DNA of 64,000 nt from a candidate division WWE3 bacterium (GCA_016182565.1 JACPGI010000004.1:174775-238774), one strand, 5' to 3'; counted from the stretch's first letter, positions 1 to 9,547 are shown. Notes: generated from the sequence alone by a model not told the origin. Program-made: numbers and translations.

Positions 1-1154
1 AAATCCTCAATGCCTTCATTTAAGTTTGCTTTTACAGGTAAGTTCGGGTCGTACACAAAACCTGCAAACGATTGGTTTTCTTCGATAGCATAAGTTTCTG
101 CCATATGCTCCCTGTACTGTTCGTGAATTGCTTTTATGTCTTCCTTCAATTTATTAAGTTGTCTTAAGTCAAAACTTGAAATATCTTTTTCTAGGTTTAG
201 ATCAAACTTAATAGCCATCTCCTCTCTAAATACTAGCTTATAAATAAGATCTCGTACTGTGCCGTAGTTAATATCAAAAATACCAAGTTTTGGAAACAGT
301 GTAGAAAGATATCCTACTAGTATTTGGTTTTTTGCTATCAGAATTGATCTATTTGCGTGAATTAAATCTGGAAAGTTAAAAAAGATATGAGAAAGCTTGT
401 GAATTGCTACTGTGCTTTTACCACTTCCGACTGTTCCTTGAACGATACAAACCTGCCTTGGATCCGCTTCTATTATTTCATGTTGATTTTCCTGAATTGT
501 TTCAACAATATCTTCCAAAACTCCCCCGGTACGTTCGGATATCTTATCAGCAATTATTTCGCTTTCGTCAAGCTTAATGTCGTTATTGTAGAATTTGATG
601 AGCTCACCATTGTCTATCTCAAATGTCCTTTTAAGTAATAAGTCGGTTTTGACTATCCCGTCAGGGGTTTCATAAACTACACCTTTTTGTGGATATCTAT
701 ACCTGTAATAGATAGAAGCTACTTTTGAACGCCAATCTAAAACTAATGGTTTATCTTCTTCTGTATAACCAAATTTACCTATGTAATGTGTACTGTGATT
801 AAGATCTACTTTTTTATCACCCCTTAAGTTTTTTGTATCGCCATTTGTAATATCAATTCTTGAAAAATAAGGCTCTTTAGCTAAGTTTGTAAGTTCCTCA
901 AGCCTTTTGTACTTATCGGGAATATTAAAAGCGTCACTTTTATTTTTTAACATATCCATAAACTGCAAAAAGTCTGATGAGTTGGCAGCTGGATTGTCAC
1001 GAAGTTCTTTTAGTTTATCTAAATTAAAAGCCCCAAGTGCCTTCATTGCGCTTTCTAAGGTATCTTTTGCCTTGGAAACTTTTACTATTACCTGCTTTAA
1101 GTGGGTGTTTTCATGAATAAGTTCAGTATCTTGTGTTGTATTATTTATTTTCAT
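1..1154 (-). CDS. helD: HelD-like RNA polymerase-recycling SF1 helicase/ATPase, N-terminal part (runs off the window edge; absent from the ORF track)
   Basis: Manual translation from ATG 1154: MKINNTTQD...EPYFSRID...YIGKFG...LDWRSKVASIYY...LKRTFEIDNG...DIVETIQENQHEII...VQGTVGSGKSTVAIHKLSH...YLSTLFPKLG, the motif series typical of HelD; overlaps the rsmI stop. Confidence 0.85.
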   Translation of the reverse strand, partial: MKINNTTQDTELIHENTHLKQVIVKVSKAKDTLESAMKALGAFNLDKLKELRDNPAANSSDFLQFMDMLKNKSDAFNIPDKYKRLEELTNLAKEPYFSRIDITNGDTKNLRGDKKVDLNHSTHYIGKFGYTEEDKPLVLDWRSKVASIYYRYRYPQKGVVYETPDGIVKTDLLLKRTFEIDNGELIKFYNNDIKLDESEIIADKISERTGGVLEDIVETIQENQHEIIEADPRQVCIVQGTVGSGKSTVAIHKLSHIFFNFPDLIHANRSILIAKNQILVGYLSTLFPKLGIFDINYGTVRDLIYKLVFREEMAIKFDLNLEKDISSFDLRQLNKLKEDIKAIHEQYREHMAETYAIEENQSFAGFVYDPNLPVKANLNEGIED

Positions 1155-1830
1155 CAAAGCCCTCCTTTGCAATAAGTACAACAAATTCACCTTTTTCTTT
1201 AATTTTTCTTTGAAGAAGATCGGCTACCCTTCCCCTTAAAACCTCCTCAAAAATTTTAGTTAGTTCTCTTGCAACGCATACAAATCTATTCCCAAGTGCG
1301 GTGTTAATTTCCTCAAGTAAATGCACGATTCTAAATGGTGATTCATAGATTATGATAGTAGAATCAAGTTTTCCGTATTGCTGTAGGATCTCTTTTCTGT
1401 GTAACTTACTTTTTGGTAAAAATCCAATAAAAGTAAATTTATCAGATGGAAGTCCTGAGATGCTTAATGCTGAAATAACTGCGGAAGGCCCCGGAATACT
1501 TATTACCTTAAAGTTTTCTGATAGAAGCCTAGCAACTAATTTAAACCCCGGATCTGAGATAACAGGGGTTCCTGAGTCTGTAACTAAGGCTAGATTAACC
1601 CCTTCTTCAAGCATTTTTATAATGTCGTTAATTATTGAATCGTGGTTTTGGTCTCGATATGATCTTTGGTGTGTTTTTATCTCGTATTTATCAAAAACCT
1701 TCTTGGTTTCTCTAGTATCCTCGGAGAGCACAATATCAACACTTTTTAGCACCTCTATTGCTCTTAGGGTTATATCAGTTAAATTACCAATTGGGGTTGA
1801 AACTACATATAAAGCTCCGCGTTCAGACAT
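1141..1830 (-). CDS. rsmI: 16S rRNA (cytidine1402-2'-O)-methyltransferase
   Basis: LYVVSTPIGNLTDITLRA, EDTR, DSGTPVISDPG, YESPFR, RELTKIFEE motifs. Confidence 0.97.
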   Translation of the reverse strand: MSERGALYVVSTPIGNLTDITLRAIEVLKSVDIVLSEDTRETKKVFDKYEIKTHQRSYRDQNHDSIINDIIKMLEEGVNLALVTDSGTPVISDPGFKLVARLLSENFKVISIPGPSAVISALSISGLPSDKFTFIGFLPKSKLHRKEILQQYGKLDSTIIIYESPFRIVHLLEEINTALGNRFVCVARELTKIFEEVLRGRVADLLQRKIKEKGEFVVLIAKEGFDENK

Positions 1831-1855
1831 TGTTCTATTTTAACACAGCGGCGCA

Positions 1856-2614
1856 TCACTCTTTTTGATTTGCGTAAAATTCCTCCGCCATCTTCCAAAA
1901 CATCTCCGGGCCTTTTTGGTCGGCTGCACATTCAGCAGCTTCTGCCATCTTCTGAGCTTCTGGGTGGGCTTGTCTTAGAGGAAAGTGTCTATATATCCAA
2001 AGTACATTATCAACTTTTGTAAGCATAGATCCTGTTTGATGAAATTTAGCACAGTACGGGCACTCTAAATCTGAGTATTCAATTAAAACTATGTCTGCAT
2101 CCGGATTTCCCATTTTATGATCATCATCCCCAACTACAGGAAGATTGGGAAATTTTTCAACAACAAGTTTAACTTTTTTATCATCACTTTCAAAAGCGAT
2201 ATCACCTTCTTTTGCGTTTGAATCACGTAATTTTTTGATAGATGTTACTAATATCTCATATGGGTATGATCCTGGAGCAAAAACCCCAAGACCGGTATTT
2301 TTATTAAAAAGGTAGTTTGCTGGTGTACCGGAAATATTTAATTTTCTTGCGTCATCATAATTAGAATTTACTTTTGAGGTAAATTTAGCTTCGTCTAAAC
2401 ACTGTTTTAATTTGGCTTTATCAAGTTCAAATTTATCTGCTATCTCAGAAAGACCTGTGATAGGAAATTCAATAAGTGCGGTTTTACATTTTTCACCGCA
2501 AGCTTCTTCTAGTTTTGTCACTTGTCTTCCAAGCTTTACGCTTTGAGAATAAAAATAAATAGAAAAACCAGCAAGTGTTAGCATAATTAATTTTTGATAT
2601 ATGTTTTTTTCCAT
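1856..2614 (-). CDS. Membrane-anchored DsbA-family thiol-disulfide oxidoreductase with circularly permuted order
   Basis: N-terminal hydrophobic anchor; YSDLECPYC active site, YRHFPL and AEAAEC motifs, but the SGTP cis-Pro segment lies N-terminal to CxxC. Confidence 0.9.
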   Translation of the reverse strand: MEKNIYQKLIMLTLAGFSIYFYSQSVKLGRQVTKLEEACGEKCKTALIEFPITGLSEIADKFELDKAKLKQCLDEAKFTSKVNSNYDDARKLNISGTPANYLFNKNTGLGVFAPGSYPYEILVTSIKKLRDSNAKEGDIAFESDDKKVKLVVEKFPNLPVVGDDDHKMGNPDADIVLIEYSDLECPYCAKFHQTGSMLTKVDNVLWIYRHFPLRQAHPEAQKMAEAAECAADQKGPEMFWKMAEEFYANQKE

Positions 2615-2667
2615 GCGAAAACTGTAACTAGGATATTGATAGGTGTCAATCTTTAGTTTCTTCGTTT

Positions 2668-2886
2668 TTACTTTTTGTGACTTTCCAACTCCGAAGTAAT
2701 TGTACCCTTAAGCGCTTTTTCTCCACCCGGCGTATTAAGTGCGAAAAGCAGCGATTCAAGTGCATCATTATTTTCTCTTAGGTTTACAAGCTCTTGAGAA
2801 TCTAGCGTCTCATTTTGGGGATTAGATTCGCGTAATTGCCCTTTTTCATTATTAGATCTAGATGAGTTTTGTGCTTTGTTTATCAT
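2668..2886 (-). CDS. Small hypothetical protein
   Basis: 72-aa ORF 4 nt downstream of the transglycosylase gene on the same strand; no motif recognised. Confidence 0.55.
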   Translation of the reverse strand: MINKAQNSSRSNNEKGQLRESNPQNETLDSQELVNLRENNDALESLLFALNTPGGEKALKGTITSELESHKK

Positions 2887-2890
2887 AAAA

Positions 2891-3595
2891 TTAACCTAAG
2901 AACTCTCCTGCCTTATTAAACCATTTTTGGAACTTTTGTACATGACCATGTGTGGGATTAGAAAATGGACTCCCCGCATTGTATGCAGTTACAAGCTGCT
3001 CATTGCTTAAATCTTCACCAAACATAGCTTTATTTTTTACATAGTACCTTCCTATAAGATCGATATTTACCTCGGGGTCATATAAATCCTCTTTCTGGCC
3101 CTCAAAACCAATCCACCTCGCAGTTCGAAAAAGAATTTGGCCTAAACCGTAACTTGAATCATTTATGTGGGGTTCATATCTTAGTGCATAGGTATTTCCT
3201 CCCGATTCAATCATAATTGTTGCAAAAATAAGTTTGGGGTCGAGTTTATATTTTTTGGCTACTCTATCTATGATGTGACCATATCTTTTATAAACAAGTT
3301 CTCCTTTTTCTTCTTCAGACTTACCCATAAGTTCCCCGACTTGAATTATTTTTGTTTCTATAGACATTGGGGCAAGTTTTTCTGGTCTATTAATCCCCCT
3401 TGCATTTGATATGGGAGTTATATACGAGGCAAAAAGTACTACAACAGCAATAGCTATTGCAGAAAAGTAAGCTTTAAGGTCAGTAGGATCAATATTATTT
3501 TCGACCATCCAAAGATAGAAATCCTTGTGTTTTGCTTTTAAAAGCTCGACAAGAAGTTTTTGGCGATTTTTTAAATAATCAAGCTCAGCATTCAT
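2891..3595 (-). CDS. Lytic transglycosylase (SLT domain) with TM segment
   Basis: IMIESGG (catalytic Glu), SYGLGQI, LYDPEVNIDLIG, TAYNAG motifs. Confidence 0.9.
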   Translation of the reverse strand: MNAELDYLKNRQKLLVELLKAKHKDFYLWMVENNIDPTDLKAYFSAIAIAVVVLFASYITPISNARGINRPEKLAPMSIETKIIQVGELMGKSEEEKGELVYKRYGHIIDRVAKKYKLDPKLIFATIMIESGGNTYALRYEPHINDSSYGLGQILFRTARWIGFEGQKEDLYDPEVNIDLIGRYYVKNKAMFGEDLSNEQLVTAYNAGSPFSNPTHGHVQKFQKWFNKAGEFLG

Positions 3596-3632
3596 ACAAT
3601 TAATAGTAGCCTATTTACGATATAATTTCATA

Positions 3633-4235
3633 ATGATTTTTACGCACGCATTCGCAGGTGCAATTCTTGGAAAATACTTGAAAGAAAAGATGCAAATAGA
3701 AGATGTTGTTGGTGAAAAAGAAACCACCACTACATCAAAGTCGCTAACTAGAAATGTTTCTTTAATTTACTTCTTTTCTATCTTAGGCTCTATTTTTCCC
3801 GATTTCGACTTACTTCTTTTGGTATTTAATCAAACCTTACACCATAGGTATCTAGTTACACATAGTCTTGTACTTTATTCAATGTTTTTTTGTGTAGCAT
3901 TACTATTTAGGAAGAAATTTAATATTAGATTTATACCGTATTTCTATTTGGGAGTTTGCCTACACTTATTATTGGATTTCTTTGCGGGAGGAATAGTGCT
4001 TTTTGCACCAGTTTCTTATAAATTATTTGGGATGCAATTTAGGTACTTTGGCAGTGCAAAAATTAATTTTGTGGATATGTACTTTAAATCAAACTATATG
4101 CTTTTTGAGCTTGGGTTATTTTTTTCTTATATACTTTTCGTCTTTCAAAAAGAAACTAATTTCATAGCCAGAAAGCTACCTTTTATATTACTTATTGTTT
4201 CAATTGTTACGCTTGGGATTTTTGTAGTTTTATAA
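3633..4235 (+). CDS. YdjM-like metal-dependent membrane hydrolase
   Basis: FTHA, PDFD, HRYLVTHS, HLLLD motifs with TM helices. Confidence 0.85.
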   Translation: MIFTHAFAGAILGKYLKEKMQIEDVVGEKETTTTSKSLTRNVSLIYFFSILGSIFPDFDLLLLVFNQTLHHRYLVTHSLVLYSMFFCVALLFRKKFNIRFIPYFYLGVCLHLLLDFFAGGIVLFAPVSYKLFGMQFRYFGSAKINFVDMYFKSNYMLFELGLFFSYILFVFQKETNFIARKLPFILLIVSIVTLGIFVVL

Positions 4236-4268
4236 AACATAGCATTAATTAATCTGTATAATTTACCT

Positions 4269-5363
4269 ATGAAAATACTTGTAACTGGTGCCGCAGGTTT
4301 TATAGGAAGTTATGTTTCAAGGGCATTAATATGGCGAGGTGATGAGGTAGTAGGTATCGATAATTTTAATGATTATTATCCAAGAAAATGTAAAGAATTT
4401 AATATAAATTTAACTGACTTGGCTGCTAAAAATCCACCGACTTTTCAAAACAAAGGCGATTCAGAAAATATAGTTAAAGTTTTTGACAAGTTAAAAAACT
4501 ATCACGGATTAACTACTCTCAGTAAAATTAAATTAGGAAAATTTGTCTTTAAAGAACTTGATATTATAGATTTTGATAAACTCACAAAACTATTTGCAAA
4601 AGAAAAATTTGATGCGGTAATACATCTTGCAGCAATGGCCGGTGTACCACTATCTATTAAAAAACCAAAAGAGTACACACAAGTCAATGTAGATGGCACA
4701 GTAAATCTTGTTACTGCTGGAAAGGACAATGGACTGAAAAAATTTGTGTTTGGTTCATCTTCATCAGTGTATGGAAATCGAGACGATAAAAAAGTTACAG
4801 AAGAAGATGATGTGATGCACCCAGTTTCTCCATATGGAGCTTCTAAAGTAGCGGGAGAGGTTTTATTACACTCGGCAAGTAAAGTTTATAAAATTGATGT
4901 TGTAATAGCTAGAATTTTTGGACCAATTTATGGACCTCTCCAAAGACCATATGGCATGTTTATGCAAAGAGCAATTAACTATGTATACAACAATAAAACT
5001 GTACAAGTTTATGGTAGGAAAGGGCTTGACTCTGCAAAAGACAGTACTTATATAGATGATCAAGTTAACGGGCTTTTGAAATGCCTTGATTACAAAACTA
5101 AGTTTGATGTTTTCAATATTGGCACATCTGATCCAAAATCAATTAAAGATTGGTTTTATGCGATTGAAAAAAACTACGGTAGAAAAGTAAACTACGAAAT
5201 AATAAATGTTGATAAGGGAGACGTTGCATCATCTGCAGACATTTCAAAAGCAAGAATGTTATTAGGATATGCACCCAAAGTATCTCTTGATGAAGGAGTT
5301 GCAAGACAAATTGAGGTTTTTAATCTAATGCCTGACTGGTATAAAAAACTCTCTACCGTGTAA
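4269..5363 (+). CDS. NAD-dependent nucleotide-sugar epimerase/dehydratase (UDP-glucuronate 4-epimerase-like)
   Basis: TGAAGFIG, HLAAMAGV, SSSSVYG, YGASK. Confidence 0.92.
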   Translation: MKILVTGAAGFIGSYVSRALIWRGDEVVGIDNFNDYYPRKCKEFNINLTDLAAKNPPTFQNKGDSENIVKVFDKLKNYHGLTTLSKIKLGKFVFKELDIIDFDKLTKLFAKEKFDAVIHLAAMAGVPLSIKKPKEYTQVNVDGTVNLVTAGKDNGLKKFVFGSSSSVYGNRDDKKVTEEDDVMHPVSPYGASKVAGEVLLHSASKVYKIDVVIARIFGPIYGPLQRPYGMFMQRAINYVYNNKTVQVYGRKGLDSAKDSTYIDDQVNGLLKCLDYKTKFDVFNIGTSDPKSIKDWFYAIEKNYGRKVNYEIINVDKGDVASSADISKARMLLGYAPKVSLDEGVARQIEVFNLMPDWYKKLSTV

Positions 5364-5414
5364 AACCTTGTTTTTAACTAGAATCTTTTTCCATAAAAGT
5401 TAATAACCTTATAG

Positions 5415-5500
5415 TTACACATTTTATTCAAACGGCTGTATAATCCCAAAATTAAAGGCCAAAATTCAGGCCAAAATTCAGACCAAAAAAACAAAAGGAG
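5415..5500 (+). promoter_or_regulatory. Putative sigma70 promoter, short tandem repeat and SD for the 5506 ORF
   Basis: TTACAC(5415)-18 nt-TATAAT(5439); GGCCAAAATTCA x2 (5457-5480); AAGGAG 5 nt before ATG. Confidence 0.55.
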
Positions 5501-5505
5501 ATTGT

Positions 5506-6117
5506 ATGAGCAAGCAAAAGTTTATTGATGTAGTGTTTGGCTTTTCGTTGGCGTTGATTTTGTTTATGCTTCTTTTTTGGTCTCTGCCCTACTTTGGGTA
5601 CACCATCACATTGACGCAAACAGCGCCTGTAAAGCCAATTGTCGTTGACCTGGGCGCGGAAATGCCCACTGCGGCAGATGCACAAACGCTGCCTGCGGCA
5701 ACTACAACGGCAACTGTCACTCCCTCTTCAACGGCTACAGTTTTCCCATCAACAGCATGTAATGTGTGGAAGCTAAAAGCCGGGGGAGCAACATTATATT
5801 CTGAACCTGACGGAGACACCGCAACTCAAATCTCAGTTTCATCAAGTCCTGATGCTGCGACTGTATGCATTCAGGCTATCAAAGGCAACTGGGTAAAAGT
5901 TACGGTGTGGGCGGTAAATATCGGGAATAAGAATGAACCCCACCGTGCCTACGATGGGTGGATATATATCACCAGGCTGGAAGGCTTCGATGACGAGGCT
6001 GGGAAGATAAAACCTGAGGAAAGACTTGTTCTTGGAATCCCAACGTACTTTTCCGGAGCACTCCCGACAATGATCCCGCCTCCTGAAGTTACTATGACCC
6101 CATCACCAAGTCCCTAG
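5506..6117 (+). CDS. Membrane-anchored surface protein with Thr/Pro-rich linkers and a possible SH3-like beta domain
   Basis: N-terminal TM; TTATVTPSSTAT linker; LYSEP...GNWVKV...GWIY pattern reminiscent of SH3b; strong SD. Confidence 0.7.
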   Translation: MSKQKFIDVVFGFSLALILFMLLFWSLPYFGYTITLTQTAPVKPIVVDLGAEMPTAADAQTLPAATTTATVTPSSTATVFPSTACNVWKLKAGGATLYSEPDGDTATQISVSSSPDAATVCIQAIKGNWVKVTVWAVNIGNKNEPHRAYDGWIYITRLEGFDDEAGKIKPEERLVLGIPTYFSGALPTMIPPPEVTMTPSPSP

Positions 6118-6151
6118 CCAAGCCCATCTCCGTGATTAACCGTTAAGTAGA

Positions 6152-6182
6152 ACTAGCCCAGCGATCTCTCAACTGGGCTAGT
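6152..6182 (+). terminator. Hairpin downstream of the 5506 ORF
   Basis: ACTAGCCCAG-11 nt-CTGGGCTAGT perfect 10-bp stem; no clear U-tract. Confidence 0.55.
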
Positions 6183-6275
6183 CTATAAATTTAAATTTCG
6201 GAATTTGTAAAAAAATATCAAAATGCTAAACTACAAAACAAAAAAAAGCTAATAGTGTAAATCCACAGTTGGAAA

Positions 6276-6470
6276 ATAAACGCATTTCATGTCAAGGCAC
6301 AAAATGCGTTTATATCTAGAAACAAGGCTCAGGAAAATCAAAACTCACAGTCTTGTCAGCGAGGTATGGTACTGCAGTATATCTGCATACACATGCCATC
6401 TTAAAGCCGTCAGTACCGTGGCAAATCACTTTAGCCTCGTTTCCATCTAATATATGGGTTGTTCCAACCC
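6276..6470 (+). ncRNA. Candidate structured non-coding RNA, family unassigned
   Basis: Nested stems 6319-6329/6433-6443 and 6366-6374/6411-6419, plus flanking hairpins, in a ~530-nt intergenic gap. Confidence 0.35.
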
Positions 6471-6647
6471 CCCCACCCTAAAGAATCAAGATATCTTGTC
6501 ACCCAAACAAGCAGATCATTAGATACCACAGCAACCTCCTACAATACGCAGAGTTTTTTTAAATCTACTCTAGAATATTTTGCAGTTCAATAGCTACTAA
6601 TAGTTTGGGGTTTAGGAAGTAAAATTGCAATAAAGTATAATCTGTAG

Positions 6648-7400
6648 TTGACTAAGATTATGAACATTCCGATGCAAAAAAATACAATAAATTCGATCAA
6701 ATATTTAGATAAAATTATAGAATTCGAAACTTTTTACAGTGATAGACTAAAGACCATAAAAATTTCAATCGATCCAAGTAAAAAAATACGAGTTTATGCA
6801 CCAAAAAACACTCCTGTGATAAATATGGGGGAAATAGTAAAAAATAAAGGTATGTGGATACTCAAAAAATTTAGTTATTTTGACTCATTAAATGTTGAGC
6901 CAAAAAACCTTGAATTTAAAAATGGAGAAACGCATTTTTACTTAGGGGTCGCTTACGTGCTAAATATAGTGCAAGGAACAGCGACAAAAGTATACCTGGA
7001 AGATAAAAAATTAGTTGTAGTAAGTACAAACTTCACGAACGAATTATTTACAAAGAAACTAATTGATAATTGGTACTGGGAGAATGCCAAAACTCTATTT
7101 GAGAATGAATTGAATAATAAATTCTTGGAATTTAACGTGTATAACTTAGCAAAACCAATAATGACAGTTGAAAGATTAAAGAAAAAATGGGGTCAGTGCA
7201 GTAGTAAAGGACATATTAAATTGAATAAGGAGTTAGTCAAACTACCCTTAGAATGTTTAAATTACGTTATCGTGCATGAACTCTGTCATCTTATTGAACA
7301 TAATCACAGCCCAAGATTTTATAAACTTTTAGGAAAACACTATCCTGACTGGAAGAAACAAAAAGAAAAATTGAATAATTTTAGGTTAAAACTAATATAA
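6648..7400 (+). CDS. YgjP/DUF45-type zinc metalloprotein (M48/SprT-like)
   Basis: KKKWGQCS, YVIVHELCHLIEHNHSPRFY. Confidence 0.9.
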   Translation: MTKIMNIPMQKNTINSIKYLDKIIEFETFYSDRLKTIKISIDPSKKIRVYAPKNTPVINMGEIVKNKGMWILKKFSYFDSLNVEPKNLEFKNGETHFYLGVAYVLNIVQGTATKVYLEDKKLVVVSTNFTNELFTKKLIDNWYWENAKTLFENELNNKFLEFNVYNLAKPIMTVERLKKKWGQCSSKGHIKLNKELVKLPLECLNYVIVHELCHLIEHNHSPRFYKLLGKHYPDWKKQKEKLNNFRLKLI

Positions 7401-8465
7401 CAGTTTGTATATACCAACTCTTACAGTCTTCACAACTTTTCTTATCGTAATTGCAAAGAGTAAAAACACAAATATATATAGAAGGGTAGCTATGTAAGCA
7501 GGCATAAATTTATATAAGAAATCGAAATGATACGTAAGTGGCCACTGAATTAAATAGATCTCATATGAGTAAATACCAATTAAAGAAAAAAACCTAGATT
7601 CTAAATTTTTCAATTGAATCAAAAAATACAAAGAGAACATAGAAATTAAACTAAAAAGTTGTTCACTAAAAACACTTTTACCAACACTAGAATTTATAGC
7701 TGTATAACAAAAAATACAAAACAAAACTAGCATTATTGAAAATTTCCATAAATAGTTTACGCCTAAGGATAAGGGATGTTTTAAACTAGCAAGTAGCATA
7801 CCAAGCGGAAATGCGTATAGATGTAATAGATAAAGTTTATGAACATCTTTAGTTACAGGAAGAGGAAGTTGAACAAGTAAATAACTTGCAGCAAATATAA
7901 TAACCGCGGATATAAATGGGTACTTTCTTGAAAACAAAATAGGAAATATTAAATAATAAAAAACAATAAAAGAGAAATACCAAAGAGGTGAATTTAGACT
8001 AGTGTAAATATCGGCAACAGGAAAAAATCCTATATAACTACTCAGGATATCCTTAACTACTGGAATCTGTTTTAATATCAAAAAATTAGCTAAGTACAAA
8101 ACAGAGATAGCAATCCACATCGGCAAATAAATATTTGAGAATCTTTTCCTATAAAACTGAGAAATACTAAGTTTTGTTCTGATTGCAGACGCAGTTAAAC
8201 CATATCCTGATAAAAATAGAAAAAGATTTACCCCAACCCCAGCAAATACTGAAAGTGGAAATAGAAATCTAGTGTCTTTAGCTAAGTAGTAACCGGTATG
8301 TGCAAATATAACCATCAAAATAGCAATACCACGCAATTCGTATGAATTTGATTTGATATATTTGCTTTGTTTAGGTTTCTTCGTGGTAGTTAAAATAACT
8401 ACAAAAAACAAAAGTAAAGAAAATAATATTGTTTGTAGAACAGGATTTGGTGTATCAATCATCAT
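7392..8465 (-). CDS. Acyltransferase-3 (OafA-like) membrane O-acyltransferase
   Basis: LRGIAILMVIFAH, GVNLFLFLSGYGL, FYRKRF, LWY, SYEIYL; multi-TM. Confidence 0.9.
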   Translation of the reverse strand: MMIDTPNPVLQTILFSLLLFFVVILTTTKKPKQSKYIKSNSYELRGIAILMVIFAHTGYYLAKDTRFLFPLSVFAGVGVNLFLFLSGYGLTASAIRTKLSISQFYRKRFSNIYLPMWIAISVLYLANFLILKQIPVVKDILSSYIGFFPVADIYTSLNSPLWYFSFIVFYYLIFPILFSRKYPFISAVIIFAASYLLVQLPLPVTKDVHKLYLLHLYAFPLGMLLASLKHPLSLGVNYLWKFSIMLVLFCIFCYTAINSSVGKSVFSEQLFSLISMFSLYFLIQLKNLESRFFSLIGIYSYEIYLIQWPLTYHFDFLYKFMPAYIATLLYIFVFLLFAITIRKVVKTVRVGIYKLLY

Positions 8466-9210
8466 TTAAAAATTGTCCCCATAAGTTGTATCCATAACCG
8501 GACGGATGATATAAGTCAGATGAGTAGTACTTATCATCGTTTTTTGCGTGTTTCAATGTAGTGCTGTATAAATCAAATACCTTAATCCTGCCTGTATCTC
8601 TAAGAGCTACTTCGTATATCACTGAATTAAATTTCTTGGTTCTAAACTCCATATATTGACTAAACGGTGGTAATACCAGATAACGAGATCCAATATAAGG
8701 AATTGTCAATAAATTAATCTTTGCGTCTGTGCTTGCAAGTAAAGTATCTACAATAAATTCATAATTAGTCTTAAAATTAACGGTGCTTTTCTTGTTGTGA
8801 ATATCATTTACCCCTATTAATAAAGTAATTACATTAGGTTTGGCTTCAATTGCCTTCTGCAATTGCATTGTAATAACCTCATCCGTCCTTGCACCAGGTA
8901 TTCCAAAATTTGATACCTCAACCTCACTATGTTTTTGAGCTAGCTTCTGAGCAAACCTATAAACATAAGTATCAACTACTGTGTCACTTCCTACCCCGGC
9001 AGTTAGACTATCGCCTAATGCTACATATTTTAAAGATAGGGGATTTTCAGTAATAGAAAATTCCTTTCTGCTATCTAATATAAAAGAGTTTTTAATATAA
9101 GGGCTTTTCAAACTTTTATAACCAATAAAATGATAGAAACCTACATAAATAACGAGTAAATAGCCAAGAATTAAAACTAAAATTAATGCAGTATTCATGA
9201 ATAATTTCAC
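8455..9210 (-). CDS. SGNH/GDSL hydrolase with N-terminal membrane anchor
   Basis: ALGDSLT, GIPG, IGVND, DLYHP blocks. Confidence 0.92.
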   Translation of the reverse strand: MKLFMNTALILVLILGYLLVIYVGFYHFIGYKSLKSPYIKNSFILDSRKEFSITENPLSLKYVALGDSLTAGVGSDTVVDTYVYRFAQKLAQKHSEVEVSNFGIPGARTDEVITMQLQKAIEAKPNVITLLIGVNDIHNKKSTVNFKTNYEFIVDTLLASTDAKINLLTIPYIGSRYLVLPPFSQYMEFRTKKFNSVIYEVALRDTGRIKVFDLYSTTLKHAKNDDKYYSSDLYHPSGYGYNLWGQFLNDD

Positions 9211-9298
9211 TCAAAAATTATACCTTAAATTTGCCTGTAGCCTCAAAAGTACTACTAGTATGGTACCAAGTGAGGCCTAAAGCATTTGAATTTTGTGA

Positions 9299-9547
9299 CT
9301 AACTTCTTAACATTCGACCAATATATATCACTACTACTGCACCAAATACTGCAACTAAAAAGCTGTATAGGTTAAAGCCTGTAATACCTGTTTGGCCAAC
9401 CAAACTCATTATAAAACCACCAACAATAGCACCAATTACACCCATCACTATATCTAGCATGGTATCTTGATTTGAGTTGGTGTTCATAATTACTGAAGCT
9501 GCCCAACCTGAAATTGCCCCAAAAACTATCCAAAGAAGAATTCCCAT
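9299..9547 (-). CDS. GlsB/YeaQ/YmgE transglycosylase-associated membrane protein
   Basis: WIVFGAISGWAAS...DIVMGVIGAIVGG...AVFGAVVV glycine-zipper pattern. Confidence 0.9.
   Translation of the reverse strand: MGILLWIVFGAISGWAASVIMNTNSNQDTMLDIVMGVIGAIVGGFIMSLVGQTGITGFNLYSFLVAVFGAVVVIYIGRMLRS

Noticed and set aside
387-1116. Plus-strand ORFs 387..638 and 907..1116
   Set aside because: Antisense shadows of the helD-like gene on the minus strand.
5457-5488. GGCCAAAATTCA tandem repeat as a CRISPR or iteron array
   Set aside because: Only two full 12-nt copies plus a partial one, no spacers, and no cas or rep gene.
6319-6443. Hammerhead or c-di-GMP riboswitch identity for the structured intergenic element
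   Set aside because: GAAAC is present but there is no correctly placed CTGANGA core, and the GEMM consensus is not met; left unassigned.
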